Source: Candidatus Poribacteria bacterium (GTDB lineage: Bacteria; Poribacteria; WGA-4E; WGA-3G). Taken from it: 64,000 bases of DNA. Under the pieces are notes generated by a model. The model was not told the origin of the DNA and ran no database searches. It worked only from the letters and a program-made list of their open reading frames with translations. The stretch is taken from NCBI GenBank assembly GCA_965198235.1, contig OZ240248.1, positions 3,360,001-3,424,000 of the forward strand, written 5' to 3'. Both the position numbers and the translations under genes were made by a program. Below, piece by piece: positions 18,886-29,604 of the stretch. Position 1 is the first letter of the stretch; each line of letters opens with the position of its first letter.

Positions 18886-21120
18886 ATGGAACACCAACTT
18901 AACCTCCCCATCACTGGGATGCACTGCGAAAACTGTGCAAGCACCATCACACGGCATCTTAAAAAAATGGATGGCATCCTTGCCGCAGAAGTCAGCCTCG
19001 CCACCGAATATGCCGCGGTCGCCTTTGATGCGTCCACGCTCAGCGAGGAAACCATCGTTGATAAGATCCGAGACCTCGGTTTTGACGTTGTTGATGAGGA
19101 CGAAGAAGACGCAGCTCGCGCTGAGGAACTCCGACGGCAAAAGATGCAATTTACTTTCGGGGTAATCTTCACGCTCCCACTTTTTCTCCTCAGCATGGGT
19201 AGAGATTTGGGTATCGTCGGCGATTGGGCACACGCGCACTGGGTTAACTGGCTAATGTTTGGTTTAGCATTACCGGTGCAGGGTTATGTTGCGTGGGACT
19301 ATTACATCGGCGGTTTTAAGGCACTGCGCAACCGATCCGCCAATATGGATGTGCTCGTCGCTATGGGGTCATCCGTGGCGTTTCTCTATAGCCTTGCTGT
19401 AACGATTGCACTAACAGCGGGCGTGGGGGAACGCTTCGGCGCGCATGTCTATTTTGAGACAGCCGCGGTTATCATTACGTTGATTAAGTTGGGGAAACTG
19501 CTTGAAGCACGTGCCAAAGGTAAGATAAACGCAGCCCTCAAAAAACTCCCGCAACTTTCACCCAAAATAGCGTGCCGCTTAAAAAATGGCGAAGAACAAC
19601 ACATCCCTATTGAACAGGTCGGTGTAGGAGATGTCCTTCTTGTACGTCCCGGCGAAAGTATTCCTGTTGATGGCGTGGTACGCAGCGGCAAAAGTGCCAT
19701 TGATGAAAGCGTCTTCACCGGAGAAAGCCTACCTGTAGATAAGGAACCGGGCGACCCTGTGACCACTGCAACGATGAACCAGAGTGGGATGCTCACGATC
19801 GAAGCCACACACGTGGGTGCCGAAACATCCCTTGCCCGCCTCGTCCAATTAGTATACACGACGCAACAGAGCAAACCCCCCATCCAACGCGCTGCCGACG
19901 CAGTCACAAATGTGTTTGTACCCGTCGTCAGCGGGATTGCCATTGTGACGTTCCTTGTGTGGTGGTTCCTCCTCGGAGAAGGGTTCACCCCGGCAATGCT
20001 CCGCTTAGTTGCAATCCTCGTCACAGCCTGCCCGTGTGCATTGGGACTTGCCACCCCAACCGCTGTTATGATGGGAACCGGCATCGGCGCGCAGCGCGGC
20101 ATCCTCTTCCGAAACGGCGAAGCACTTGAACGCGCAGGAGACTTGACCACAATTGTTCTCGATAAAACAGGCACCTTGACAGAGGGGAAACTCACACTTA
20201 CCGATATTCTCACGGATAAAGACGAATCAGAACTCCTACAGCTATCTGCCGCTGCGGAGCGTGGCAGTGAACATCCTATTGGCAAAGCAATTGTTCAAGC
20301 AGCTGAGGAACGTGGACTTGACATCGCTACGCCAAGTGCGTTTAAAGCGGTTACTGGACACGGTATCGCCGCACAGGTCGGTGAAAATAGTGTCGTCATA
20401 GGCAATTTATCCTTAATTCAACAACACAACATTGCGACCAGGAGATTTGAAGAAGAAGCAGAGCGTCTACAGACCGAGGCGAAAACCGTCCTATGGGTTG
20501 TCGTTGACGGGCACGTTGTTGGGCTTCTGGCGGTCGCGGACACATTGAGATCGGAAGCGCAAGTTGCAGTCGCGGAACTCTACGAACTTGGGTGTACTGT
20601 AGTAATGATGACAGGGGATAACCGCGTTACGGCTGATGCGATCGCCAAGGCTACGCGGATTGGCGATGTCATGGCAGAACTCAAACCCGGAGATAAAGCG
20701 GCAGCCGTTGAAAAGCTACAGGCGGAAAATAGTGGACTCGTCGCGATGGTAGGCGACGGCATTAACGACACCCCCGCATTGGCACAAGCCGATATCGGAA
20801 TCTCACTCGGCACAGGCACCGATATTGCCAGGGAGACGGCACACGTGACGCTCATGCACAGCGATTTGCGTGGACTCCCCGATGCAATTCGGCTAAGCCG
20901 CTCGACGATGCGCACGATTAAACAGAACCTTTTCTGGGCGTTCTTCTACAATGTGCTTTTAATTCCTGTCGCAGCGGGCGCGCTTTATCCGCTATCTTTC
21001 GTGCCGATGATGTTTCGGGAACTACACCCGATGCTTGCGGCGTTCGCGATGGCGTTTAGCAGTGTATCTGTCGTGCTAAACAGCCTGCGTCTGCAATGGA
21101 AGAAGAATTCCTCTCTTTAA
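18886..21120 (+). CDS. copA: Cu(I)-translocating P1B-type ATPase
   Basis: GMHCENC metal-binding domain, TGES, CPC, DKTGT, SEHP, GDGIND, FFYN, MAFSS. Confidence 0.9.
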   Translation: MEHQLNLPITGMHCENCASTITRHLKKMDGILAAEVSLATEYAAVAFDASTLSEETIVDKIRDLGFDVVDEDEEDAARAEELRRQKMQFTFGVIFTLPLFLLSMGRDLGIVGDWAHAHWVNWLMFGLALPVQGYVAWDYYIGGFKALRNRSANMDVLVAMGSSVAFLYSLAVTIALTAGVGERFGAHVYFETAAVIITLIKLGKLLEARAKGKINAALKKLPQLSPKIACRLKNGEEQHIPIEQVGVGDVLLVRPGESIPVDGVVRSGKSAIDESVFTGESLPVDKEPGDPVTTATMNQSGMLTIEATHVGAETSLARLVQLVYTTQQSKPPIQRAADAVTNVFVPVVSGIAIVTFLVWWFLLGEGFTPAMLRLVAILVTACPCALGLATPTAVMMGTGIGAQRGILFRNGEALERAGDLTTIVLDKTGTLTEGKLTLTDILTDKDESELLQLSAAAERGSEHPIGKAIVQAAEERGLDIATPSAFKAVTGHGIAAQVGENSVVIGNLSLIQQHNIATRRFEEEAERLQTEAKTVLWVVVDGHVVGLLAVADTLRSEAQVAVAELYELGCTVVMMTGDNRVTADAIAKATRIGDVMAELKPGDKAAAVEKLQAENSGLVAMVGDGINDTPALAQADIGISLGTGTDIARETAHVTLMHSDLRGLPDAIRLSRSTMRTIKQNLFWAFFYNVLLIPVAAGALYPLSFVPMMFRELHPMLAAFAMAFSSVSVVLNSLRLQWKKNSSL

Positions 21121-21374
21121 TGGGAGCAGGCATAAAGCGTGGGAATTAAATCCTTGAAGATCGAAGAAGCCTGGTTCTGACCATGAACTCCCGAACGCCC
21201 GATTTGCGTCCTTGAATCTTCAGGAAGTTGTACCTATTAGTAACTGATAACTGACCACTGGCAAGCGAAAACTGAATGCCTCTGGGAATGTTCCAAAACC
21301 TCTTGATGTCCAATAATTGTTGTGATGTAATTGTTTTACAAATTGAGGCTATTACAGAAACGGGAGGTAGCGCG

Positions 21375-22046
21375 ATGGAGAAAAAAATAAAGGCTGCACC
21401 GACGGTCGTCTATCCCGAGTCGGACGGTAAACCTATGGCAGAGACTGAATACCATCGAGACATCATGATAGATTTCATTCAGATGCTCAAATACTATTTC
21501 CGCGACGTTAATGATGCGTATGTCTCCGGTAATCTATTGATGTATTATGAGGAAGGCAACATCAGAAAGTCTGTCTCTCCTGATGTATTTGTTGTTTTTG
21601 GGGTGAGTAAGAAGCGGCGGCGCATTTATAGAACTTGGGAGGAGGGACACACTCCCGATTTTGTATTGGAGGTCGCGAGTCCAAGCACATACAGGCAGGA
21701 CCTAACGCGGAAAAAAGAACTTTACGCGTCGGTTCTCGGTGTCCGCGAGTATTATATCTACGATCCGTATCATGAAGTTGATCCCTATTTTCTCGGGTAT
21801 CGTCTTGTGGATGGTGTGTATGAAGAGATAGGATTTGTGGATGAACGTTTACCCTCTCTTGTGCTGGGTCTGGAATTAGGTGAGCGTGATGGTGTTTTTG
21901 GACTCTATGATCCAAGCCGTTCAGTCTGGTTGCAACCGCTGGAGAAACAGGTTGAACAGGAAGCAGAGGCACGGCAGCGCGCTGAGGCCGAACTTGCTAA
22001 GGCTTTAACCGCTCTTAAACGCCTGCAAGGGAAAACCGATGACTGA
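21375..22046 (+). CDS. Uma2-family (PDDEXK) endonuclease
   Basis: YPESDGKPMAET, SPDVFVV, PDFVLEVASPST, C-terminal coiled coil. GGGAGG RBS. Confidence 0.88.
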   Translation: MEKKIKAAPTVVYPESDGKPMAETEYHRDIMIDFIQMLKYYFRDVNDAYVSGNLLMYYEEGNIRKSVSPDVFVVFGVSKKRRRIYRTWEEGHTPDFVLEVASPSTYRQDLTRKKELYASVLGVREYYIYDPYHEVDPYFLGYRLVDGVYEEIGFVDERLPSLVLGLELGERDGVFGLYDPSRSVWLQPLEKQVEQEAEARQRAEAELAKALTALKRLQGKTDD

Positions 22047-22048
22047 TA

Positions 22049-23032
22049 TTAGATTGAAGAAGTATAACGTTCTATTGCCCGCACCACCTGTTCCACCGTA
22101 ATCCCTGCAATCACGGCACAACTACCAGCACCGCATCCGCCCGGATGCCTCCCCGGATGGCAAGGATTGCAACCCAAATTTATTCCACTCTGAACAACTT
22201 TATGCTTATCGCCGTAGGGACCGCTCCGAGTGTGGTTTGTTGAACCGAAAAGCGCAACTACAGGTGTGTCCACAGCTGCAGCGATATGCATCGGTCCTGT
22301 GTCGTTTCCGACATACACATCGCATGCAGAGATTAACGCCGCGAGGTGCCGAAGATCGTCCGTTTGGACGAGCATTGGTGGGACATCCATCATTTCTGCA
22401 ACCTGCGTTTGGAGTTCCCGTTCATTCGGACCAGCAAAGAGTAGGATCGCTGCGTTAAGTTTCTGTGCTAAAATACTCGCGACATCCGAATAGTTTTTTC
22501 TGTCCCACAATTTGTATTCCCAATTCCCACCCGGATGGATCCCGATTAACAATCGTTCTGACGTGAGACCTGCTTCAGCGAGAAAGTGATGCGCCACAGC
22601 ACGTTCTGTTTCCGTCAATTCTAAGCGTGGGTGTGCATCCGTTGTGTCAACATCGTGCCTCTGAAGCACCTCCAGATATCGAGTCACGGCGTGGCGATTG
22701 CTGTCACCGTGTGCCATCCCCCAATGTTCCGCACCGATACATCGAGCCATGAGGCTGTCCCGCAAGTTGACAACGAGATCGAATTTGCCAAGTCGTAAGG
22801 TTTTTATGAGACGCAGTCTCCCTTTCCAACCGGTGTGTTCACCTCGGTTGTCATAAACAGCAGTTGCGTCGATGTTGGGATTCGCAGTCGCAAGGAGATC
22901 AAATGCTCGCGGTCCGACAAGGAAGGTAATATGGGCATCTGGGAAGTGTCTTCGCAATGGTTGGATAACAGCAGTGGATAGGACTGCATCGCCGATGAAA
23001 CTGAAACTAAAGACGAGAATTTTCTTCAGCAT
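22049..23032 (-). CDS. Glycosyltransferase family 9 (heptosyltransferase-like)
   Basis: IGDAVL, GIHPG, GNDTGPMHIAAA, LFGST, C.PC. Confidence 0.9.
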   Translation of the reverse strand: MLKKILVFSFSFIGDAVLSTAVIQPLRRHFPDAHITFLVGPRAFDLLATANPNIDATAVYDNRGEHTGWKGRLRLIKTLRLGKFDLVVNLRDSLMARCIGAEHWGMAHGDSNRHAVTRYLEVLQRHDVDTTDAHPRLELTETERAVAHHFLAEAGLTSERLLIGIHPGGNWEYKLWDRKNYSDVASILAQKLNAAILLFAGPNERELQTQVAEMMDVPPMLVQTDDLRHLAALISACDVYVGNDTGPMHIAAAVDTPVVALFGSTNHTRSGPYGDKHKVVQSGINLGCNPCHPGRHPGGCGAGSCAVIAGITVEQVVRAIERYTSSI

Positions 23033-23051
23033 TTTTTATCAAAGGTTTTTT

Positions 23052-23073
23052 AATCAGGACTTACGCAAATTGA
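23052..23073 (+). repeat. Solo AATCAGGACTTACGCAAATTGA end
   Basis: Identical to the left end of the 45624-45792 element. Confidence 0.7.
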
Positions 23074-23108
23074 GTAAATAGAAGAAACAACATTGAAGTG
23101 GAGAGGGT

Positions 23109-23615
23109 TTAACGCTTCTCGTCTTTTAACCACGCATCCATTGCTTCCCGCCTTGCGTTTTCACAGAACCTGTGAACGCTCTCTATGCTACCAAAAGGAA
23201 TACTATAGACTTTTAGAACGGTGTGCATCTCCTCAAGTATTTCAGAAACGGCTTTGTTTTGAAAAAGGTTCTCAAGTGTTTCGCGATCTTTTTCTAATAC
23301 CTCCCACCATTCATAAAGACTGTAAAGATACTGAACGTCACTGAGCGGATCCCGTCCCTGCATGTCCATCGCGTCGCTACTGACACCTATAGGGTCAAAA
23401 GTTGTTAGAGCCAACATTTCTTCCAAGGTTAAGTCAAGTTCTACTTCGGCGATATCAAACCAGCACAGCCCGTCGAACGCCTCATCGTCAGCAACGCCGG
23501 GAATCTCACGCTCCAAAAACTCCCACGCAACAGCAGTTGTTTTTGCGTCAAGTTTTTCTAAAGCTTCAATAAAGCCTTCTCTGTCGTGCATTGGAATGTC
23601 AAACAAGTTTAGCAT
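23109..23615 (-). CDS. Hypothetical acidic protein
   Basis: 168-aa ORF with AAGGAG RBS, co-oriented within the glycosyltransferase cluster. Confidence 0.7.
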   Translation of the reverse strand: MLNLFDIPMHDREGFIEALEKLDAKTTAVAWEFLEREIPGVADDEAFDGLCWFDIAEVELDLTLEEMLALTTFDPIGVSSDAMDMQGRDPLSDVQYLYSLYEWWEVLEKDRETLENLFQNKAVSEILEEMHTVLKVYSIPFGSIESVHRFCENARREAMDAWLKDEKR

Positions 23616-23627
23616 TTTTCTAGCTCC

Positions 23628-24860
23628 TTAAAAAGATTCAATCAGGTCAACAGCTGCAGTCAAACCATCTTCCGTTTCCATCTGTTCTCCCAAAATCTGT
23701 GCCCGCGCAGTCATCGCGGGGGTCGCAAGGACTTGCTGGATCCGTTTCGCCAAACGTTTGGCATTGAGGCTGCGGCGATGCAAGTGCCTCGGTGCCACCC
23801 CTAAATCCGATAGGCGTTTTCCCCAATACGGTTGGTCTGCGTGGTGTGCTACGACAACGGAAGGAACTTTAGCGCGACACACTGATGCCGTTGTTCCGGC
23901 TCCACCATGGTGCACAACGCAGCACCCCTTTGGAAACAGCCACTGGTGTGGCACATACTCCGTACAGAAGATATCCGGTAGTGCATCTTCTGTGCCGAGT
24001 TGTCCCCACCCCGCTTGGATGATCGCGCGTTGCCTTGTTTTCTTAACAGTATCAATCAAGATTTCTGTTGTTTCACGTCCATTTGAACCTCCCATTGAGC
24101 CGAAGGAGATAATAATGGGTGGTGGCCCCTTCGCTAAAAAATTGACGAGTTCAGGGGGCGGAATATAGGATGGCGACGCAAGATGCCATACACCCGTGAA
24201 TTTGTGATTCGATGGGAAGTAACTTGGTGGGCAGAGAGATGGAGATGCGGCAATGAGATTCAGATGTGGTGAGTACATTCCGTCTAATGCTACTGAAGCC
24301 CGTGGTTCTCCACCGACAGACGCGATAAATTGATTGAAAAGCACGTCCACACTTGAAGCAAGGCGAAGCTGCACCAATTTCCACACAATAGCGTTGAAGG
24401 TGCGTCCCCAATTTGGAAATGGATGCGGCGCGAAGTCGAAGGACTTGATGAAACCCGGGCAATATGTTACAGTTAACCACGGGACACCGTTGCGAATTGC
24501 AGCCTCTTGGGCAGGGATGTCCACGGAATGGCAGATTACTATATCAAACCCTTTCATTGCAGCCAAGCAGTCGTGATACCACTTTTCGCCACGGCGCACA
24601 ATTCCCTCCTCCACGATGAGCCGTAACATAGCAAGCGGGTCGCGCTTGGGAATAATCGCGTCCATCGCCGCGTGAAATTCTGACAGATCAAAAACGATAC
24701 CTATCTCATAGAATTCTGCGCCGATCTCAAGAGCCTTGTCTCTATAAAGGGCGGGTGCACAAACACGCACCTGATGTCCTCTTTCAAGCAAGCGTTCCGA
24801 TAGTGCCAAGACAGGATAGACATCTCCCGTTGAGCCCCACCCTACTACGACAATTTTCAT
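23628..24860 (-). CDS. GT1-family glycosyltransferase (sterol glucosyltransferase/UGT-like)
   Basis: GSTGDVYP, SFGSM, VPHQWLF...VVHHGGAGTT, DQPYWG. Confidence 0.9.
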   Translation of the reverse strand: MKIVVVGWGSTGDVYPVLALSERLLERGHQVRVCAPALYRDKALEIGAEFYEIGIVFDLSEFHAAMDAIIPKRDPLAMLRLIVEEGIVRRGEKWYHDCLAAMKGFDIVICHSVDIPAQEAAIRNGVPWLTVTYCPGFIKSFDFAPHPFPNWGRTFNAIVWKLVQLRLASSVDVLFNQFIASVGGEPRASVALDGMYSPHLNLIAASPSLCPPSYFPSNHKFTGVWHLASPSYIPPPELVNFLAKGPPPIIISFGSMGGSNGRETTEILIDTVKKTRQRAIIQAGWGQLGTEDALPDIFCTEYVPHQWLFPKGCCVVHHGGAGTTASVCRAKVPSVVVAHHADQPYWGKRLSDLGVAPRHLHRRSLNAKRLAKRIQQVLATPAMTARAQILGEQMETEDGLTAAVDLIESF

Positions 24861-25909
24861 TTTCGTCTCGCTTCTATGGCTATCGTCGTTGCATTCCAAA
24901 CCGGTTCAACAGGAAGTTTTTTCGTGCATTCCCATCCGATTTTACACTTGTGCGCGCTACAGGGCCAGCACGGCATATCCCGCCGCACGATAGAGGCGTT
25001 TTCGCTCAACGGATGCCACGCCACATGATCGGTGGGACCGAAGATCGCTATTGTCGGTACGTCCACTGCTGCAGCGAGATGCATCGGACCGGAATCGTTG
25101 CAAACGACCAAGTCGCAACAGGAGAGCAGTGCCCCTAATTCGCGGATCGTTTCTGGCGCGTGGATAATAGCAGCGGACTGCATCGCTTTCTGAATATTGT
25201 CCGTTAATGCCTTTTCTCCGGGACCCTGTAAAAGAAGTATCGTAGCGTTATAGTGGTGTGCGAGTCTGTCAGCAAGTTCAGCATACTGATTTTCGGGCCA
25301 GCGTTTATCGAACGAACTGCCGCCCGGATGGATGCCGATGAGAAATGAATCGCCATCAATACCGCACGATGCCAGCCGTGCTTTGGCAGTGGCAATCTCA
25401 TCAGGCGACAAGTGGAATATAAGTTCCCGTTTGCCTTCTCCATTACAGATTAATCGGACGAGTTCTAAGTTTCTGTCAACTTCGTGGGTTTCGCCTTTTG
25501 GATATTTACCACGCCACGCGTGTGTGAGGGTGGATTTGAAGCGTTTCTGATAACGTCCTAAACGGTATGGTGCACCAGAAAGAACAGCAACGAGATGCGA
25601 CCACATCGCTGTCTGCATGGCAACGATGAGTTGAAACCGCTCACGACGTAACTCGCGGTAGAATTGGAATTGTGCTAAAAACCCTCGGTGTTTTCCATCC
25701 CGATCAAAGACAAGAATCCTATCCACATCGGGGTTACCGATTAACACAGAGGCATTAAGTGGGCGCGCTAATACTGTGATTTCCGCTGATGGATAGTTTT
25801 CTCGCAACAGCGCGATCGCCGGAGTCGAGTTCAGCAAATCTCCAATCCCGTCAACGCGGATGACGAGTATTTTATTGATGTTAGGAAGCGTGTCGCTCTC
25901 GGGTAGCAT
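24857..25909 (-). CDS. Glycosyltransferase family 9 (heptosyltransferase II-like)
   Basis: IGDLL, HEVDRNL, HPGGS..KRWP, NDSGPMHLAAA, FGPT, CWPC. Confidence 0.9.
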   Translation of the reverse strand: MLPESDTLPNINKILVIRVDGIGDLLNSTPAIALLRENYPSAEITVLARPLNASVLIGNPDVDRILVFDRDGKHRGFLAQFQFYRELRRERFQLIVAMQTAMWSHLVAVLSGAPYRLGRYQKRFKSTLTHAWRGKYPKGETHEVDRNLELVRLICNGEGKRELIFHLSPDEIATAKARLASCGIDGDSFLIGIHPGGSSFDKRWPENQYAELADRLAHHYNATILLLQGPGEKALTDNIQKAMQSAAIIHAPETIRELGALLSCCDLVVCNDSGPMHLAAAVDVPTIAIFGPTDHVAWHPLSENASIVRRDMPCWPCSAHKCKIGWECTKKLPVEPVWNATTIAIEARRK

Positions 25910-26050
25910 AACGTTTCCCTTACGTGCGAAGTTAAAGTTTTGTTTATTATAACACGAAGCAAAGGAAATGGCAAATCCCAAAGCCGTAAACATGAAGCAG
26001 GCACACATCGTTCGTTGTATCAACACTGACGAATGTGGTATACTATAACT

Positions 26051-27943
26051 ATGCATCACAGAGCATCGCGCACAACTGCGGATAACCAGAAATCCTCAGT
26101 GCTCCGCTTTCTTTTCGGGACGCTCATCTTCGGTTCGCTCCTCATTATCCTCACTTGTTATTGGATTATCTCTGCAGAAAACCGGGTGGTATGGGAACTG
26201 ACCGATTTTTCTATCTTTCCAACGGTACTCTTCACCTTTTTTCTACTTGCTCTCATCACTCCGTTCCTCAAAAAGGTTTTCAGCGGTTTCGCGCCGACAG
26301 CACGTGAACTTGCCCTGACGTATACGATGGTATCCGTAGCAACTGCACTCGCGGGACACGATATTGTTCGACAGTTGGTGCCGATGATTGCCAACGCGGG
26401 ATGGTTTGCAACGCCTGAAAATGAATGGTCAGATCTCTTCTTCCGCTTCATGCCGACATGGCTAACGATTACCGATCGGCGGATTCTACAGGGATACTTT
26501 GAGGGCGATGATACGTTTTGGCGGGAATCCTATCTAAATGCATGGATGTGGCCCATTGTGGCGTGGAGTGGGTTGGTGATTGTCATCCTGTTTATGATGC
26601 TTTGTGTCAATATCATCATCAGGAGACAGTGGATTGACCACGAGAAGTTGAGTTATCCTTTGACGACACTTCCAGTTGAATTGCTCGGTAATACGTCTAC
26701 ACTCTTTCGCAATAAATTGTTTTGGCTCGGTTTGGGAATCGCATTTGGACTGGAGATTCTGGCGGGATTGAACTATCTTTTTCCGGTGATACCTGCGCTC
26801 AAAATCAAGTATCAACTCTACTTTTCTGACCGACCTTGGAACGCAGTGGGGCGTTTACCTATCTACGTCTATCCATTTGCGATTGGGTTTGGATATCTCA
26901 TGCCGCTGGAATTGTCGCTATCATTTTGGTTTTTCTACCTGTTTTGGGGTGCGCAGCGCGTCTTTTTCAGTGCAACGGGGTGGACGACTGCCATCGGTTT
27001 ACAAACCGAGCAACGCGCTGGGGCATGGCTCGGCATTGGGACACTTGCCCTCATCACAAGTCGACGACAGATTCTTGAGGTCCTCGGTGGTGTGTTTTCT
27101 TTTAGATCCAAAGATGGCTTATATCGGCTTGCTGTTTTTGGATTGATAATTGGCATGGCGTTTGTGTTAGCGTTCTGGTATTTCGCGGGATTGTCGCCAT
27201 GGGTTGTGCTCGGCTATTTCAGTATCTATTTGGTATTATGTCTTGGGATGACGCGCATGCGCGCCGAACTCGGACCCCCGACACATGAACTGCACAATGT
27301 GCATCCCGACAAGATTATGTTGCTGTTTGCTGGAAGTCGACCGCTGGGTGTGCAAAACCTAACGAACACGACCTTACTCTCATGGCTTGCGTATGGTTAC
27401 CGATGCCATCCGATGCCGCATCAGTTGGAGGCGTTCAAAATCGGCAGACACTTCCGTTTGAGTGAAAATCGGTTGGTTGTTGCCCTAATTGTGGCATCAA
27501 TTGTTGGAGCGATCGTTTCGATTGTTGGGCATGTGGCACTCTATTATGAATACCGATTCGCACAATGGGGTGTTGGTGAGTTTAACCGCTTGCAAAGTTG
27601 GATTATCGCGCCGCGGGTGCCGAATTTACCTGCTATCCAGCATATAGTGTTTGGTTTCCTGTTCACCGGTGTGCTAACGTTTCTGAAACGTCAATTTTTG
27701 TGGTGGCCCCTCTATCCTGTGGGCTATGCTGTCGGTAACGGTTGGGCTATCGGTTGGATGTGGTTCTCAATATTTTTGGGGTGGCTCTTCAAGCAGTTAC
27801 TTTTCACAGGGGGTGGGGTACGAGCCTATCGCAGAGCATTACCGCTATTTTTAGGCTTAGTATTCGGTCAGTTCCTCGCGGGGAGCCTTTGGAGTTTGAT
27901 AGGTGTGGTATTGAATATGAACATGTACACGCTTTTCCCATGA
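26051..27943 (+). CDS. DUF6785/DUF6784-like polytopic membrane protein, paralog 1
   Basis: Many TM segments; FATPENEW, RRQW..HEKLSYPL, HPMPH.LE.FK, WWPLYPVGY, LFLGLVFG. Confidence 0.75.
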   Translation: MHHRASRTTADNQKSSVLRFLFGTLIFGSLLIILTCYWIISAENRVVWELTDFSIFPTVLFTFFLLALITPFLKKVFSGFAPTARELALTYTMVSVATALAGHDIVRQLVPMIANAGWFATPENEWSDLFFRFMPTWLTITDRRILQGYFEGDDTFWRESYLNAWMWPIVAWSGLVIVILFMMLCVNIIIRRQWIDHEKLSYPLTTLPVELLGNTSTLFRNKLFWLGLGIAFGLEILAGLNYLFPVIPALKIKYQLYFSDRPWNAVGRLPIYVYPFAIGFGYLMPLELSLSFWFFYLFWGAQRVFFSATGWTTAIGLQTEQRAGAWLGIGTLALITSRRQILEVLGGVFSFRSKDGLYRLAVFGLIIGMAFVLAFWYFAGLSPWVVLGYFSIYLVLCLGMTRMRAELGPPTHELHNVHPDKIMLLFAGSRPLGVQNLTNTTLLSWLAYGYRCHPMPHQLEAFKIGRHFRLSENRLVVALIVASIVGAIVSIVGHVALYYEYRFAQWGVGEFNRLQSWIIAPRVPNLPAIQHIVFGFLFTGVLTFLKRQFLWWPLYPVGYAVGNGWAIGWMWFSIFLGWLFKQLLFTGGGVRAYRRALPLFLGLVFGQFLAGSLWSLIGVVLNMNMYTLFP

Positions 27944-28006
27944 AGTTGTGCCATCAAGATATAATTTGTGTGTTTAATCCAATGTCGTTTAACAACAAAC
28001 AACACA

Positions 28007-28351
28007 TCAGAAGTCTTCCAATGCGTTTGCTTCGGATTCAAAGACACCTATACTCTGTGTGAGCCCAATGGTATTGAAAATATTTCGGACTTGTGTAGAG
28101 GGATGCGCAACTCGCAGAGCCTGTCCTTTTTCCCGCATCTTCCAAAGCAATCTAATTATCTCACCAAACCCACTACTTGTGATAAAACTGCGCCGTTCAA
28201 AATTAAGTAAAACCTTTTCTGCGTCCTGAACTTCAGCGTTGGCGTAAGCCTCACTCAACATAGATTCTGAGGCATCGGTGAGATAGCCTGTAATGTCAAA
28301 TATAGCGATCTTTCCTTCGTGCCGAATAGAGATTTGAGAATTTGCCCTCAC
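28007..28351 (-). CDS. STAS-domain anti-sigma factor antagonist
   Basis: 114 aa with FITSSG (SpoIIAA-like), GGAGG RBS. Confidence 0.85.
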   Translation of the reverse strand: MRANSQISIRHEGKIAIFDITGYLTDASESMLSEAYANAEVQDAEKVLLNFERRSFITSSGFGEIIRLLWKMREKGQALRVAHPSTQVRNIFNTIGLTQSIGVFESEANALEDF

Positions 28352-28415
28352 AATTTCCTCCTGTAAGATTAGTCCTGAATTCGTTAAATTTAATTATTAG
28401 TTGTAGTGCGGTCCG

Positions 28416-29360
28416 TTAATCTTCGGTAAAAGTTCGCTGAAGCGGCGTATGTTCTGGTTGCTCCCGGACTATTGTCCCATCATCCAGATGAAGCCATGTT
28501 TCAAATTGACGCTCACCTTCCTGTAATGCTATGACACGTGCGCCGCGGGGAAACCTGTCTCTACCGTAAGTATTGTAGCCAGAAGCGCGTCCATAGCACA
28601 GGCGGATCCCGTGCAAATCACCCCAGAAATCGTTGATATGTTCGTGTCCGACAAACGTTCCCATGACATCGCCGGCTTCATGCATTGCTGCAAAAAAACC
28701 GGTATTCAGCCGAGGTGCACAGACGTTTTCGTATTTTACCCCATAGCAGGTATGAAAGTCCCATACCTCGTCGTATTCGGGAATTGGGATGTGGAAAAAG
28801 GCGAGGGCAGGAAGTGGATGTTCCGCTTCAGCGGTGAACTTTGCGGATTCTTGTAAGTACCATGCAATTTGCTCCCGTTTGATCCAATCGTAGCCATCAA
28901 TATCTGTTAGGGCGTAGCTGCCGGAATCGATGAAATAGAGGAGTGCTGCAGACACATCTTCCTCAGAATTTTGGATGGGTAAAATATAATTCCCGACACC
29001 GGGTATCTCTGCCGGTCCTGGTTCCGTGAGAGATAACGTACCTTCTTGCATGACTGCCATCAATTCGTGGCGATCGGCGGTGCCTTCATCATCGTGGTTG
29101 CCGAAAACCGCCGCCCACGGTGTTCCGCACCTTTCTACAATTTTAACAACTTCTCGGAGGGAATTGGCGGCATCGTTGCACCCACCACCTGCTAAAATAT
29201 CGCCCGTTAGCACAATTAAATCCGGAGATTCATCTTTCGCGACTCGTTCTATCAACGCCGCTGATTGTTGATCGGGTGGTTCACCGTTATGCCAGTGAAT
29301 ATCGGTGAATTGCACGATTTTGAAACGCCGATCGCTGCGGAACTTCAATGCGTTTTTCAC
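28416..29360 (-). CDS. Calcineurin-like metallophosphoesterase (Dcr2-like)
   Basis: FKIVQFTDIH, TGD, GNHD, FFHIP, GHEHIND, RGARV. Confidence 0.9.
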   Translation of the reverse strand: MKNALKFRSDRRFKIVQFTDIHWHNGEPPDQQSAALIERVAKDESPDLIVLTGDILAGGGCNDAANSLREVVKIVERCGTPWAAVFGNHDDEGTADRHELMAVMQEGTLSLTEPGPAEIPGVGNYILPIQNSEEDVSAALLYFIDSGSYALTDIDGYDWIKREQIAWYLQESAKFTAEAEHPLPALAFFHIPIPEYDEVWDFHTCYGVKYENVCAPRLNTGFFAAMHEAGDVMGTFVGHEHINDFWGDLHGIRLCYGRASGYNTYGRDRFPRGARVIALQEGERQFETWLHLDDGTIVREQPEHTPLQRTFTED

Positions 29361-29604
29361 TCTCTTTTACTCTCCTTTGCGCGTAATCATAACATAATTC
29401 CCAAAAATTGCAAGCGAATTCTTTATGCAAGAATCATTTGGCTTGGTATTCTGTAACAGAATATCGCACTCACTCTCATAGAGACATTAATCCTTGAAAA
29501 GATAGTGAAAAAATTCATATCTCTTCTTTTCCTGAATGAGCAAACTCAACATCTGTACTACAATAATCTTGCCATATCCAACTTTTTATGATAGCATATA
29601 TGGT

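Noticed and set aside
19449-20285. 278-aa antisense ORF, plus similar ones such as 14968-15567, 18063-18611 and 36919-37497
   Set aside because: Shadow ORFs opposite well-supported genes, with no recognisable motifs.
21375-22046. Uma2 nuclease as the restriction partner of the 31.8-kb methyltransferase
   Set aside because: 10 kb apart, and Uma2 genes are commonly stand-alone multi-copy genes.
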